Below are positions 1 to 9,631 of a stretch of 64,000 nt of DNA, one piece after another (the stretch's first letter is position 1; each line of letters starts with the position of its first letter). The notes under the pieces were generated by a model. That model was given only the letters and a program-made list of their open reading frames with translations. It did no database searches and was not told the DNA's origin. Position numbers and translations under genes: made by a program. Origin of the DNA: Bdellovibrionota bacterium (GTDB lineage: Bacteria > Bdellovibrionota_C > UBA2361 > OMII01). The stretch is from positions 8,427-72,426 of the forward strand of contig JBIJBE010000003.1 in the NCBI GenBank assembly GCA_044345405.1. Reading direction: 5' to 3'.

Positions 1-446
1 GTTGGAAATGGGGGGGGCTGCGATTTGAGCCTGGGTTCGGTATTCGGACGTTTACGTGCACATGCACGTAAACGTGAACGTACCCGTGCCCCATTTTCGC
101 AGGGAGCTTAAAACGAATGGCGTAGACTTGCTCCGCAGGCGCTTTGAGCGTCTTTGATTCGCTATCAAACGAGAAAGAAGTTTTTTCGGGTGCGTTCACG
201 TTCACGTTTACGAGCACGTTCACGTTGGAAATGGTGGGCAGCGATTGGAGCTTGGGTTCGGTATTCGGACGTGAACGTGCACATGCACGTAAACGTGAAC
301 GTACCCGTGCCCCATTTTCACAGGGAGCTCAAAACGAATGGCGTGGAATTGCTCCGCAGGCGCTTTGAGCGTCTTTGATTCGCTATCAATCGAGAAAGAA
401 GTTTTTTTCGGGTACGTTTACGTTCACGTTTACGAGCACGTTCACG
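1..446. repeat. Two tandem copies of a ~223-bp unit (1-222 and 223-446, ~93% identical). Each holds a 26-bp palindrome CGTTTACGTGCA-ca-TGCACGTAAACG and runs of GTTCACG/CGTGAAC heptamers. The array may continue upstream of the window.
   Basis: The two units align directly in the sequence. The six-frame ORFs across it (FTFTFTSTFT and similar) are low-complexity repeat translations. Confidence 0.85.
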
Positions 447-475
447 TGTGTTCCAGGGGCGTGGACGTCCCACCC

Positions 476-3400
476 CTACGCCTTCACTAACCCCACCGTG
501 ATCTCGCCACCATCTACCTTCACTGAGCGCTCAATAAGCGCCTTCGAAAGTGATGACGTGACCTCAACGCACAGCGTCTCAGACTTCACATACTCCTCAT
601 GCGCCTTCAAAAGACCATCTGCCCCGCGGATAGACAGTTTAATTCGATCCGCGATGTGGAGGTCAGCCTCCTTACGCATATCTTGAATCTCTCGCACCAG
701 GTCACGAGCTTGTCCCTCAAGGGCGAGCTCTGGAGTTACGTTGGTATCGAGCGCGACGACGAAGCCGTTGCCTGATTCAACCGCGAGTCCTGGCTTACCA
801 GCGAATCCGACCTCAACCTCTCCTGGGTTAAGGGTGATATCGCCGATCTTGATCGTGTTCTCGCCGATTACCTCAAACTCGCCGTTGCGTACCTTCTGAA
901 TCACCTCTTGGACCCGGGCGCCGAGGCGTGGTCCGAGCACACGAGCGTTTACCTTCGCGCTCAGGGTCGCGATAGAGGATGCGTCGGCCAAGAACTCAAT
1001 CGTCTTCACGTTAAGCTCTCCGCAGAGAACGGGGATGTACGGCTCAAGTTCAGCAGCGAGGTTCTCCTTCACCGCGACCTTCGCTGACGCGAGTGGGAGT
1101 CGCACCCGAAGCTTCTCGCGAGCCCGAACCGACAGGCCTGCCGACACCATCCCTCGGACGAGGTTTACCTGCTTCGACAGCTTGTCGTTGATCAATGATT
1201 CACGAACCGTTGGCCACTCGGTGAGGTGCACGCTGTCCTTAAAGCCAAGCCGCTCCCACACAAGCTCCGAGATAAATGGGCAGAGTGGGGCAAGCGTTTG
1301 CGATACGGTCTTCAACACATCAAAGAGCGTCGCGTAGAACGCGAGCTTCTCAGGAGAGCGTGGGTCGTCTGACCATACACGCTCGCGGCTCCGACGGATG
1401 TACCAGTTGTTGAGCGTATCGAGGAACGGCGAGAAGAGCCGCATCGCCTCATTTATTCGATAGGTCTCAAGGTAGTCGGTCGCGGAGCGCTTGAGAATCT
1501 CAGCCTCGGAGAGGATGAAGTGATCGAGCTCGCTCAGCTCCTTCCCTTCAAGTCCGATGTCCTGAGGAGAGATGTGGTCAACCTCGGTGTAGGAGGTGAA
1601 GAACGAGAGCGCGTTCCAGATAGGAAGCATGATCGACTTGACCATGCTCTCGACGCCTTCGTCACGGAACGAGAGATCCTCGATACCCACCGCCGAAGAA
1701 GTGAACAAATAAGCACGAAGAGCATCCGCCCCGTGCTTGTCCATAAGCTCAAACGGATCGGTGTAGTTCTTGAGACTCTTCGAGATCTTCTTTCCATCGG
1801 CCGCTAAGAGCGTTCCGTGAACCATGCAGTTCTTGAACGCGGGCTTGTCGAAGATAGCGGTCGAGAGTACGTGGAGGTAGTAGAACCAACATCGGATCTG
1901 TCCCGTGTACTCCACGATGAAGTCCGCTGGGAAATGAGAGAGGAAGTACTCAGCGTTCTCGAACGGATAGTGGAACTGTCCGTACGGCATTGAGCCCGAC
2001 TCGAACCAACAATCGAGAACCTCCGGCACGCGCGTGAGCTTCTTGCCGCAGGAGCACGGTACCTCGACGGCGTCGAGGTGCTCCTTGTGAAGATCGTTGA
2101 GCTTCACGCCAGCGTCCTTCTCAAGTTCGGAAACGATTCCGTACACCTTTTGATTGCCGCAATCGCCGCACTCCCAAACCGGGATAGGGGTCGCCCAGTA
2201 ACGGTTTCGAGAAAGGTTCCAGTCTCGCGCGTTCTCGAGCCAGTTGCCGAAACGCCCATGCTTCACGGTCGCTGGATACCAATTGATCTCCTCGTTCGTT
2301 TGAATGAGGCGGTCGCGGATCTGTTCGACCTTGAGGTACCACGCGTCGAGCGCCCGGTAGATCAATGGAGTGCGGCAACGCCAGCAGTGTGGGTAGTTAT
2401 GCTCGATCGTCTCATCGCGAACGACCTTGCCCTGCTCTTTAAGGAACTTGATGATCGCTGGATTCGCCTCGTGTACGTTCTGTCCGACGAAATCACTAAC
2501 CTCGGCGGTGAAACATCCGTTCGAGTCAACTGGATTCTTAACCTCGATCTGGTATTTGCGGCACGCCCAGTAGTCGTCCTCGCCGAAGGCTGGAGCCATG
2601 TGAACGATCCCGGTTCCATCCTCGGTCGACACGAAATCGGCCGAGATGATACGGAACGCGTTCTTATCGTCCTTAAAGTATGGAAGGAGTGGCTCGTAGG
2701 TAATCGTTTTGTCGACGAGTTCAGCGCCAGTGTGGGTCGCGATAATCGTTGCCTCTTTGCCGAGCTCTCGCTCGTAGCGCTTGAGCGCGTTCTTCGCGAG
2801 GAGTACTCGACCGACGTTCGTGTCGGCGATTACGTACTCGATCTCCTTTCCAACGGCGAGCGCTAGGTTTGATGGAAGGGTCCACGGCGTCGTCGTCCAG
2901 GCGAGCGCTGATACACCCTCCATCCCTTTAAGCGCGAATTTCACGGTGATGGTGCGGTCCTGCTTCGGGCGGGTGGCGTCATCAACACGGATCTCAGAGA
3001 AGGAGAGGGGAGTCTCGCATCGGTAGCAGTACGGCGCTACGCGGTAGTCCTTGTAGATGAGCCCCTTTTTGTGCGCTTCGCCGAAGGCCCAGATCACGGA
3101 TTCCATGAAGGAGCGGTCGAGGGTTTTATAGGCGTTGTCCATATCGACCCAGCGACCGATACGGTTGATGTACTTTTTCCAGGAGTCGTTAAACTCAGAG
3201 ACGATGCGACGACATTCAGCGTTAAACGCCGCGACGCCCACCGTGCGCTCGATCTCGCCTTTGTCTTTAAGTCCGAGGTTCTTCTCCGCGATCGTCTCGA
3301 TCGGCAATCCGTGACAATCCCATCCCCACGTTCGTGGTACATGGTACCCTCGCATCGTTTTGTAGCGTCCGACGACATCCTTCAGGATGGAGACGAAGAT

Positions 3401-3589
3401 AGTGCCGTGGTGGGGGCTTCCGGTTGGGAAAGGCGGGCCGTCATACAGGATGAACTCCGGCTTGGTAGCGTTCTCGGTGACTGAGCGTTGGAAGGTGTTC
3501 TCTCGTTGCCACCGTTCGACGACTCCGTTCTCAAGTGCGGGAAGGTTTGGACGGGACTCAACCTTACGGAAGGTGTTCTCTTGGCTCAT
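476..3589 (-). CDS. ileS: Isoleucyl-tRNA synthetase, type 2 (eukaryote/archaeal-like, 1037 aa)
   Basis: Full-length ORF with the class I aaRS HIGH region (PTGSPHHGT), the WDCHGLP motif typical of type-2 IleRS, and editing and anticodon-binding regions. Confidence 0.95.
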   Translation of the reverse strand: MSQENTFRKVESRPNLPALENGVVERWQRENTFQRSVTENATKPEFILYDGPPFPTGSPHHGTIFVSILKDVVGRYKTMRGYHVPRTWGWDCHGLPIETIAEKNLGLKDKGEIERTVGVAAFNAECRRIVSEFNDSWKKYINRIGRWVDMDNAYKTLDRSFMESVIWAFGEAHKKGLIYKDYRVAPYCYRCETPLSFSEIRVDDATRPKQDRTITVKFALKGMEGVSALAWTTTPWTLPSNLALAVGKEIEYVIADTNVGRVLLAKNALKRYERELGKEATIIATHTGAELVDKTITYEPLLPYFKDDKNAFRIISADFVSTEDGTGIVHMAPAFGEDDYWACRKYQIEVKNPVDSNGCFTAEVSDFVGQNVHEANPAIIKFLKEQGKVVRDETIEHNYPHCWRCRTPLIYRALDAWYLKVEQIRDRLIQTNEEINWYPATVKHGRFGNWLENARDWNLSRNRYWATPIPVWECGDCGNQKVYGIVSELEKDAGVKLNDLHKEHLDAVEVPCSCGKKLTRVPEVLDCWFESGSMPYGQFHYPFENAEYFLSHFPADFIVEYTGQIRCWFYYLHVLSTAIFDKPAFKNCMVHGTLLAADGKKISKSLKNYTDPFELMDKHGADALRAYLFTSSAVGIEDLSFRDEGVESMVKSIMLPIWNALSFFTSYTEVDHISPQDIGLEGKELSELDHFILSEAEILKRSATDYLETYRINEAMRLFSPFLDTLNNWYIRRSRERVWSDDPRSPEKLAFYATLFDVLKTVSQTLAPLCPFISELVWERLGFKDSVHLTEWPTVRESLINDKLSKQVNLVRGMVSAGLSVRAREKLRVRLPLASAKVAVKENLAAELEPYIPVLCGELNVKTIEFLADASSIATLSAKVNARVLGPRLGARVQEVIQKVRNGEFEVIGENTIKIGDITLNPGEVEVGFAGKPGLAVESGNGFVVALDTNVTPELALEGQARDLVREIQDMRKEADLHIADRIKLSIRGADGLLKAHEEYVKSETLCVEVTSSLSKALIERSVKVDGGEITVGLVKA

Positions 3590-3737
3590 GTAGGTCCTGT
3601 GCCGATAGCCGGCTCATAGAGGGTTTTTAGCCCTTCTATAGTGCCGAATTATGGTGGGGGAGTAAACCCGCCGAACTGACCGGAAGGGCAGCTAAGGTGC
3701 TGTCTTCGTTGGCCTGTTCTAGAGGATTCAGAGGTCC

Positions 3738-4205
3738 CTACTTATTGAGTCGCCGCAGCGCGATCTTCACCGAATGGGGCGCTGGATTCACGAGCTGATC
3801 TCCGATGACCACCTGTGGAAGTGCGCTGGAGCCTGATACCCTCTCAGCTTGGACGCGCAACGCCGCCGCGGCTTGGTTGGCGTCGATGTTTTGCTCCTCG
3901 AAGGGGATACCAAGATCCTTGAGGGTGCCGGTCAGGGTTGAGCACGACGGGCAGGTCGACGCCACGAGGATGATCGGTTTGGCGTACGAAAACTGCATCC
4001 CGTTTTGGTCGTAGAACTGCTGCGCCTCTTGAGCGGACCGAAAGAGGGGCACTGAGCTTTTTCGCGGTGAAAAGCTCATCATTCCGATGCCCAGCACTAC
4101 GAGCACCAGGGGCAGGGTGCTGACCGATATCTCCATGATTGTGTCGAAGATGTGCGCGCGTCGCGCGCGTTTGGCCTTGGGTTCCTCGGTGTGCATCGCT
4201 GTCAC
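3738..4205 (-). CDS. Membrane-anchored glutaredoxin/thioredoxin-fold protein (CPSC active site)
   Basis: N-terminal TM helix (LPLVLVVLGIGMM), a STCPSCS redox motif and a Grx-like LPQVVIGDQLV motif. It lies directly upstream of ileS on the same strand. Confidence 0.55.
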   Translation of the reverse strand: MTAMHTEEPKAKRARRAHIFDTIMEISVSTLPLVLVVLGIGMMSFSPRKSSVPLFRSAQEAQQFYDQNGMQFSYAKPIILVASTCPSCSTLTGTLKDLGIPFEEQNIDANQAAAALRVQAERVSGSSALPQVVIGDQLVNPAPHSVKIALRRLNK

Positions 4206-4395
4206 TGTAGCTCCTGAGGGGGTCTCTTTCCCCGCGTATATTTAGACACCGTGGAGGTCGGTATCGTTGCGGGATCGCTTGATGATTTGGTGCTTCTTTA
4301 GGTTTGGAATTGGGGGTTTGGGAGGGTAGTGGCCGGGGTGGCGCGGTAACCACCTGAAATGGCGCAGGCGCTTACTATGGAGCGGCTAGCACACA

Positions 4396-4519
4396 GGGAG
4401 GGCGACCGTCCCCGGTCGCCGAAATGTTTACGTGTCGTACACTACATTCGACCTATGCGAACACGGCGGTCGAGGACCCCACTTCGCTACGCTACGAGGG
4501 ACATGCTGACCGCCCTCCC
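4396..4519. repeat. Copy A of a dispersed REP/MITE-like palindromic element (GGGAGGGCGACCGTCCCCGGTCGCCGAAA ... CTTCGCTACGCTACGAGGGACATGCTGACCGCCCTCCC)
   Basis: Terminal inverted repeats GGGAGGGCGACC / GACCGCCCTCCC. The same family recurs at 17480, 33027, 43003, 49027 and 50298. This copy sits 27 bp downstream of the bioB stop. Confidence 0.8.
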
Positions 4520-4546
4520 ATGCCATGGGTCGGAGGCTGATATTCC

Positions 4547-5545
4547 CTACGCCGCAATCGAAGAGTGACACTCCTTATTCTCACGGAAGCTCATACCGAG
4601 CCGCTTCATGAGCTTGTTGTCGTGGTCCTCTCCTGGATTTGGAGTTGTGAGAAGCTTCTCTCCGGCGAAGATGGAGTTCGCTCCAGCGACGAAGCAGAGC
4701 GCCTGCATCTCATCGGACATCTCGGTCCGTCCCGCTGAGAGACGAACCATCGAGTGCGGCATCATGATACGAGCTGTCGCGACGAGGCGCACGAACTCGA
4801 GGGGATCAACCTTTCCGCCTTCGGCGAGAGGTGTGCCCTCCACGCGAACAAGCATATTGAGTGGTACGCTCTCAGGGTGAACCTCTTGGTTAGCGAGTTG
4901 GACGAGGAGACCGAGGCGGTCATCAGCCTTCTCTCCCATGCCGACGATTCCGCCACAGCATACGGTCATGCCCGCTTTTCGCACGTTGTTGAGGGTCTTA
5001 AGGCGATCCTCGTAGGTACGGGTTGAGATGATCTCGCCGTAGTACTCAGGGGAGGTGTCGAGGTTGTGGTTGTACGCGTAGCATCCGGCCTCACGAAGTC
5101 GTTCTGCTTGTGACTCGGTGAGCATACCAAGGGTACAGCACACCTCCATGTCGAGGCTCTTAACTTCTCGAACAAGATCGAGGATGGCATCGAAATCTTT
5201 GCCGTCCTTTACCTCTCTCCACGCCGCGCCCATGCAGAAACGGGTGGATCCTTGCTCCTTCGCTTGCAGTGCTTTAGAGCGGACAACTTCAGGGGGAAGA
5301 ACGGCGTGACGCTCAACGCCCGTCTTGTAGTGAGCGGATTGTGGGCAGTAGGCGCAATCCTCTGGGCATCCACCGGTCTTTACGGAGAGGAGGGTCGACC
5401 GTTGAACTTCACGGGGATTGAAGGTCGCGCGGTGAGTGGTTTGCGCTTGATGAAGAAGGTCGGGGAACGGTTGTGAGTAAATGGAGGAAGCTTCCTCTCG
5501 TGTCCAGTTGTGACGGATGGCAATTGTTTCGTTGGTCATACGCAT
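4547..5545 (-). CDS. bioB: Biotin synthase (radical SAM)
   Basis: [11 protein letters not shown] radical-SAM cysteine motif, BioB-like length and conservation throughout. Confidence 0.9.
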   Translation of the reverse strand: MRMTNETIAIRHNWTREEASSIYSQPFPDLLHQAQTTHRATFNPREVQRSTLLSVKTGGCPEDCAYCPQSAHYKTGVERHAVLPPEVVRSKALQAKEQGSTRFCMGAAWREVKDGKDFDAILDLVREVKSLDMEVCCTLGMLTESQAERLREAGCYAYNHNLDTSPEYYGEIISTRTYEDRLKTLNNVRKAGMTVCCGGIVGMGEKADDRLGLLVQLANQEVHPESVPLNMLVRVEGTPLAEGGKVDPLEFVRLVATARIMMPHSMVRLSAGRTEMSDEMQALCFVAGANSIFAGEKLLTTPNPGEDHDNKLMKRLGMSFRENKECHSSIAA

Positions 5546-5661
5546 TCCTTTACAAACGTGAAAGGTTACATAGCTGATTTTCGCGGGAGGGGATAGGGCA
5601 GGCAGAACGCGAATTTAAATTATTGAAGCATGTTGGGCCCTTACGATCGGGCTAGGGTGTC

Positions 5662-6327
5662 GTGGGTAGGCGTCACGACCTCTCTAGGCGGAAGAGGGTC
5701 TATCTTTTACACTTCGCCCCTATGTCACACATCGATTGGATTCTCTTTGATCTCGGCGGTGTCCTCTTAGAGGTTAACCAGTCGCGAGTTTTTAGCCGTC
5801 TTGAAACCCTCACGGATATCCCCGCCTCCGTGATAGGGGAGCGTCTTACCTCGGCGCCATTCTTTCGTGAGCAGTTTATCGTTCGTGAGTTCTCACCTCT
5901 CGAGATAGCGGAGCGTGTGAATACGATCTTGGGCGTTCGACTTCCGACAAACGATATCGTAGAGGCGATCAACGCCGAGCTCGGCGCTGAGATCTCCTCG
6001 ACCGCGAGCCTTTTGCCAAATCTTAGGCGGCGAACGAAGATCGGATGTCTCTCCAATACAAACTCGATTCATTGGGACCAGCTCCTTCAAAGCTATCCCT
6101 TCATGCAAAACTTTGATCGGCGTTTCGCTTCGCAGATCCTCGGCTTCGCCAAGCCGGGGAGGGAGATCTATGAGAAAGCCGCTGAATATCTCAACGCGCA
6201 ACCTCGGCAGATCCTCTTCTTCGATGACAAGATGGAGAACGTCGAGACCGCACGACGACTTGGATGGAACGCGCACCAGTACGTGGGGCACGAGCAGCTC
6301 CTCGCTGAACTCGCGCGGTTCACGTGA
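5662..6327 (+). CDS. HAD-superfamily hydrolase (haloacid dehalogenase-like). The likely true start is the ATG at 5722 (MSHIDWILFDLGGVLLE).
   Basis: HAD motif I DxG (FDLGGV) near the N-terminus and a C-terminal FFDD motif. Confidence 0.6.
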   Translation: MGRRHDLSRRKRVYLLHFAPMSHIDWILFDLGGVLLEVNQSRVFSRLETLTDIPASVIGERLTSAPFFREQFIVREFSPLEIAERVNTILGVRLPTNDIVEAINAELGAEISSTASLLPNLRRRTKIGCLSNTNSIHWDQLLQSYPFMQNFDRRFASQILGFAKPGREIYEKAAEYLNAQPRQILFFDDKMENVETARRLGWNAHQYVGHEQLLAELARFT

Positions 6328-6333
6328 TCCCTG

Positions 6334-7395
6334 CTAGTACTGTAACTTGAAACAGGTAAGCCCACCTGGATTGACGCCGCTATTGTACTGACACGCGTTA
6401 ATCACGGACCACGTTGTTCCGTTCCACTTGACGATGGTGTTGTTGGCGCACGACGCGAACTGGAGCGCCTGCACTGTTGTGACACCATCAAATCCATTCA
6501 ACCTACACATCTTCATGGCGGTCTCGGGATCGGCCGCCAGTCGAACGCCGGGACCCATCTGGACGGGAAGGTTCGTAAACTGAGCGATTCCGTAGGTAAT
6601 CTTCGAACCGAAAGGGCAGGATGCTCCCGCGGTCGGAACGAAATTGTTCACGTTGTCAGTAAAAGGACCATCAATGACCCCCTGAGCGCACGACGCGATC
6701 TTCACCTGGTTCGCCGCTGTAACTCCGGACGAGTCTCCGACCATAGCGCGCAGCGTTGGAAATTTACGGGTGCCGGACGGGGGCGCAAGCCAAACGTGAG
6801 CTTCAATTGTTCCCTCTCTTCGGTAGAAGCTCGACCCCTGTAACGATTGATCGGACTTCACATCGCTATCAAAGATAACCGGCGAGTTCTCGAGGAACGG
6901 CGTAGTGTCTGTCGCGGTCGCCTCTCGCACCACGATGCGGTGCTGCCACTTAGCGTCAGAGCCGAGGCGAATGTACCCTCGAGCCGCGAGACGCTTTGTG
7001 CCCTGGGTGAATCGGAGGGCGTCGAAGGCGTAGGTGATGTGGAAATGCGGCATCGATTGAGTCGCGATCACGGCGTCTCCGACCACCTGTTGGATCTGCG
7101 ATGTGGGCACCGCGGGTCCGGCTGGGCCTCTGGCTCCAGCTGCTCCACGCTCGCCTTGCGCACCCCGTTCCCCACGCTCACCTCGATCGCCTTTTGGTCC
7201 CTTCGCTCCCGAGGTCACTTGTCCTGTTGAGGCGACTTTCTTCTCTAACACACTTACCCGTTTTGAGATTGCGTTCAGCTTGCTTCCAAGCTCTTTCGTG
7301 CTCTGCGCCGCCGCTTCATTCATGAACTCCGCCGTGAGTACGCTCGCGGTGGCTAGGATAGAGCATGCGAAAATAGATGTAGCGCGTGAGAACAT
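6334..7395 (-). CDS. Secreted collagen-like repeat protein. It has a signal peptide, a coiled-coil segment, 11 Gly-X-Y triplets (GAKGPKGDRGERGERGAQGERGAAGARGPAGPA) and a Cys-rich C-terminal globular domain.
   Basis: N-terminal hydrophobic signal sequence, an uninterrupted GXY run, and six Cys in the C-terminal approximately 150 aa. Confidence 0.6.
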   Translation of the reverse strand: MFSRATSIFACSILATASVLTAEFMNEAAAQSTKELGSKLNAISKRVSVLEKKVASTGQVTSGAKGPKGDRGERGERGAQGERGAAGARGPAGPAVPTSQIQQVVGDAVIATQSMPHFHITYAFDALRFTQGTKRLAARGYIRLGSDAKWQHRIVVREATATDTTPFLENSPVIFDSDVKSDQSLQGSSFYRREGTIEAHVWLAPPSGTRKFPTLRAMVGDSSGVTAANQVKIASCAQGVIDGPFTDNVNNFVPTAGASCPFGSKITYGIAQFTNLPVQMGPGVRLAADPETAMKMCRLNGFDGVTTVQALQFASCANNTIVKWNGTTWSVINACQYNSGVNPGGLTCFKLQY

Positions 7396-7592
7396 TTGGA
7401 TCGCCTCCCTAGAGATGAATGGGCCTACGTGGCAACAACGCCACTATCCCCCCGAAGGTTGAGCGGATGTTTTGTTCTAACGCATAAGGTTTGGACGCTC
7501 ATTTGTAAGAGCCGGTGTGGGCGCGACGTCGTCCCGTGACACGGGGACTCAGGCACTTAAGGAACTGGTCCGTGTGAGACCGCGCGGGAATA

Positions 7593-8588
7593 CTACGCCT
7601 CGCCTCGCTTGCGTAGCTGAGCGAACGCTTCCGCGAAGTAGGTGATAATGATATCGGCTCCGGCGCGTTTGATGCTGGTCAATGACTCAAGCATGACCCG
7701 CCTCTCATCGAGCCATCCCATCTTCGCGGCCGCTTTCACCATGGCGTATTCACCACTCACGTTGTACGCGGCGGTTGGCATTTGGAAGGTTTCTTTCACT
7801 GCCTTGATGACATCAAGAAAGGCGAGAGCTGGTTTTACCATGACTATATCCGCTCCCTCTTGCACGTCGAGCTCAACCTCTCGGATCGCCTCACGGATGT
7901 TTCCAGGATCCATTTGATAGGTCTTTCGATCCCCATATTCAGGGGCTGACTGTACGGCGTCACGGAACGGTCCGTAGAACGAGGACGCGAATTTAGCCGC
8001 GTAGCTCATCAACGGCACCTCGGAGAAGTTGTTCTCATCGAGACCGTGACGTAAGAAGCCGATTGTGCCGTCTAACATCCCACTTGGGGCGATGATGTCC
8101 GCGCCCGCTTCCGCGTGCACAAGCGCTTGCTTTAAGAGGTTAGGGAGCGTTTCGTCGTTACACAGTTTGCCATCGTGCATGACGCCGCAGTGGCCGTGAT
8201 TGGTGTACTCACAGAAGCAGAGGTCGGTCACGACCATCATGTCCGGAACCGCTCTCTTGATGGATTTAATCGCCTTGGGAATGATCCCCTGGGGATGCCA
8301 CGCCGAGGAGCCTACCTCGTCTTTAAATTCGGGGATCGCGAAGAGAAGAACTGAGCGAATACCGAGCTCATAGAATTGAATCGCCTTTTCAGTGGCGGTG
8401 TCGACACTCAGATTGTATTGCCCTGGCATCGATGAGATCTCGCGCTGAACTTTTTCGCCCGGGACCACAAAGAGAGGGGCGATCATGTCCGAAACCTCGA
8501 GGCGGGTTTCACGGACCATCTCTCGGAGTGCTGGAGTGCTGCGAAGTCGTCTAAGGCGAGTTTGCGGATACATAGCAAGAATCTTCAA
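7593..8588 (-). CDS. hemB: Porphobilinogen synthase (delta-aminolevulinic acid dehydratase)
   Basis: Conserved ALAD motifs (FVVPG, the active-site lysine region VMVKPA, the GADII segment). 331 aa. Confidence 0.9.
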   Translation of the reverse strand: MKILAMYPQTRLRRLRSTPALREMVRETRLEVSDMIAPLFVVPGEKVQREISSMPGQYNLSVDTATEKAIQFYELGIRSVLLFAIPEFKDEVGSSAWHPQGIIPKAIKSIKRAVPDMMVVTDLCFCEYTNHGHCGVMHDGKLCNDETLPNLLKQALVHAEAGADIIAPSGMLDGTIGFLRHGLDENNFSEVPLMSYAAKFASSFYGPFRDAVQSAPEYGDRKTYQMDPGNIREAIREVELDVQEGADIVMVKPALAFLDVIKAVKETFQMPTAAYNVSGEYAMVKAAAKMGWLDERRVMLESLTSIKRAGADIIITYFAEAFAQLRKRGEA

Positions 8589-8855
8589 GGGGTTATAGAA
8601 ACTAGCCTACGAGATGGGGGGCGGGAAGTAAAGGGCCGGGTCCTGTGCGAATCTGTTCGGCTTAGGCGGTGGGGCTCTTTTCTCTTTGCTCCTCCACCAG
8701 TTGTGGCACTCTGCGTCGGTCATTTTAGCCGCCGTTTTTGTTCAAAAAGTAGTTCGTCCCACGCAACTTTTCCCCTCAAGGAGCGATGAGAGGCCTGACA
8801 GTGAAACTCCGACGCGTGAGGTCGGTGATTCATCAGGCAGGGAGATTGAACGCAT

Positions 8856-9615
8856 GTACGAGGAGCAGGTCGAGCCCCCTTTCCATCGAGGGGCTCGTGG
8901 AGAGAGCATGGGAGCCGTTCTCAATCATCATTTCGAGCGTGACGCGCTCATTGAGGAGTACCATGAATTCGTCGAAGGATTGGTGTGTCGCCTCATGAGA
9001 GCGATGGGTCTTCCCCAACGACATCGTGATGACTTCGTTTCCGCCGGGCTCCTTGGGTTAGTCGAGGCCGCCGGTCGTTTCGATCCGGGGCGGGGAAGTG
9101 AGTTTCGCTCCTTCGTGTTTTTACGGATACGAGGCGCCGTTATCGATCATATTCGGGCCTCGTGTGAGCTATCGGGTCACGCGTATCAGGTTCTTAAGGC
9201 CTTGGAGAGCGCGCAGGAGATTCGAGCGCAGGCGTTGGAGGCGCGACGATCGGGAGGTCATCCGCCCAGAACGCAAGCGATGGAGGGGGTAGATGTCCTC
9301 AGTAAGAGCGCGGTCGCGTTGGCGCTCGTCACTCAGTCGGTCGACGCTCCTTTTTTTGGTGGAACCGCTCCCTCGGATCCGGAGCGAGAACTTCATAAGA
9401 AACAAACCTCAGAAAAAATTCGCGCCGCGATAGCAACTTTGCCCGAAAAGGAGCGAATCATCATCGAGCAGTACTACTTCCACGACCTCACGCTGAGCGA
9501 GGTCGCTCAGCAGTACGCGGGACTTTCAAAATCCTGGGTGTCGAGGTTGCATGACAGAGCGTTGGGGATGTTACGGGAAAAGTTGGTTGAGGGAGGGATT
9601 GGGGTTAAAGCCTAA
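8856..9615 (+). CDS. fliA: FliA/WhiG-type sigma-28 RNA polymerase sigma factor. The ORF is open from 8686, but the ATG at 8856 with an upstream GGGAG gives the family-typical ~252 aa.
   Basis: Region 2 (DDFVSAGLLGLVEAAGRFDPGRGSEFRSFVFLRIRGAVIDHIR) closely resembles FliA. The region 4.2 HTH is LSEVAQQYAGLSKSWVSRLHDRALGMLREKL. Confidence 0.8.
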
Positions 9616-9631
9616 CTCTTGTTCGGCCGCC

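Noticed and set aside
144-686. Six-frame ORFs of 74-103 aa (MSVFDSLSNEKEVFSGAFTFTFTSTFT..., MIRYQTRKKFF...) across the start of the window
   Set aside because: They lie inside the tandem 223-bp repeat. Their translations are low-complexity products of the ACGTTCACG repeats, and two of them are near-duplicates purely because of the repeat. They are not coding.
1035-3484. Several 85-260-aa ORFs on both strands inside the ileS coding region
   Set aside because: They overlap a clearly homologous 1037-aa IleRS gene and have Arg/Ser-rich compositions typical of out-of-frame GC-rich DNA.
5546-5600. Possible BirA operator (bioO) upstream of bioB: TTTACAAACGTGAAAGGTTACAT
   Set aside because: The two TGTAA-type half-sites are in direct, not inverted, orientation and do not fit the palindromic bioO consensus (TTGTAAACC-N-GGTTTACAA). 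It is a weak candidate only.
7103-7462. A Pro/Ala/Arg-rich 119-aa ORF on the plus strand (PAGPLAPAAPRSPCAPRSPRSPRSP)
   Set aside because: It is antisense to the collagen-like GXY repeat region of the minus-strand gene. It is a mirror artefact of the GC-rich triplet repeat.
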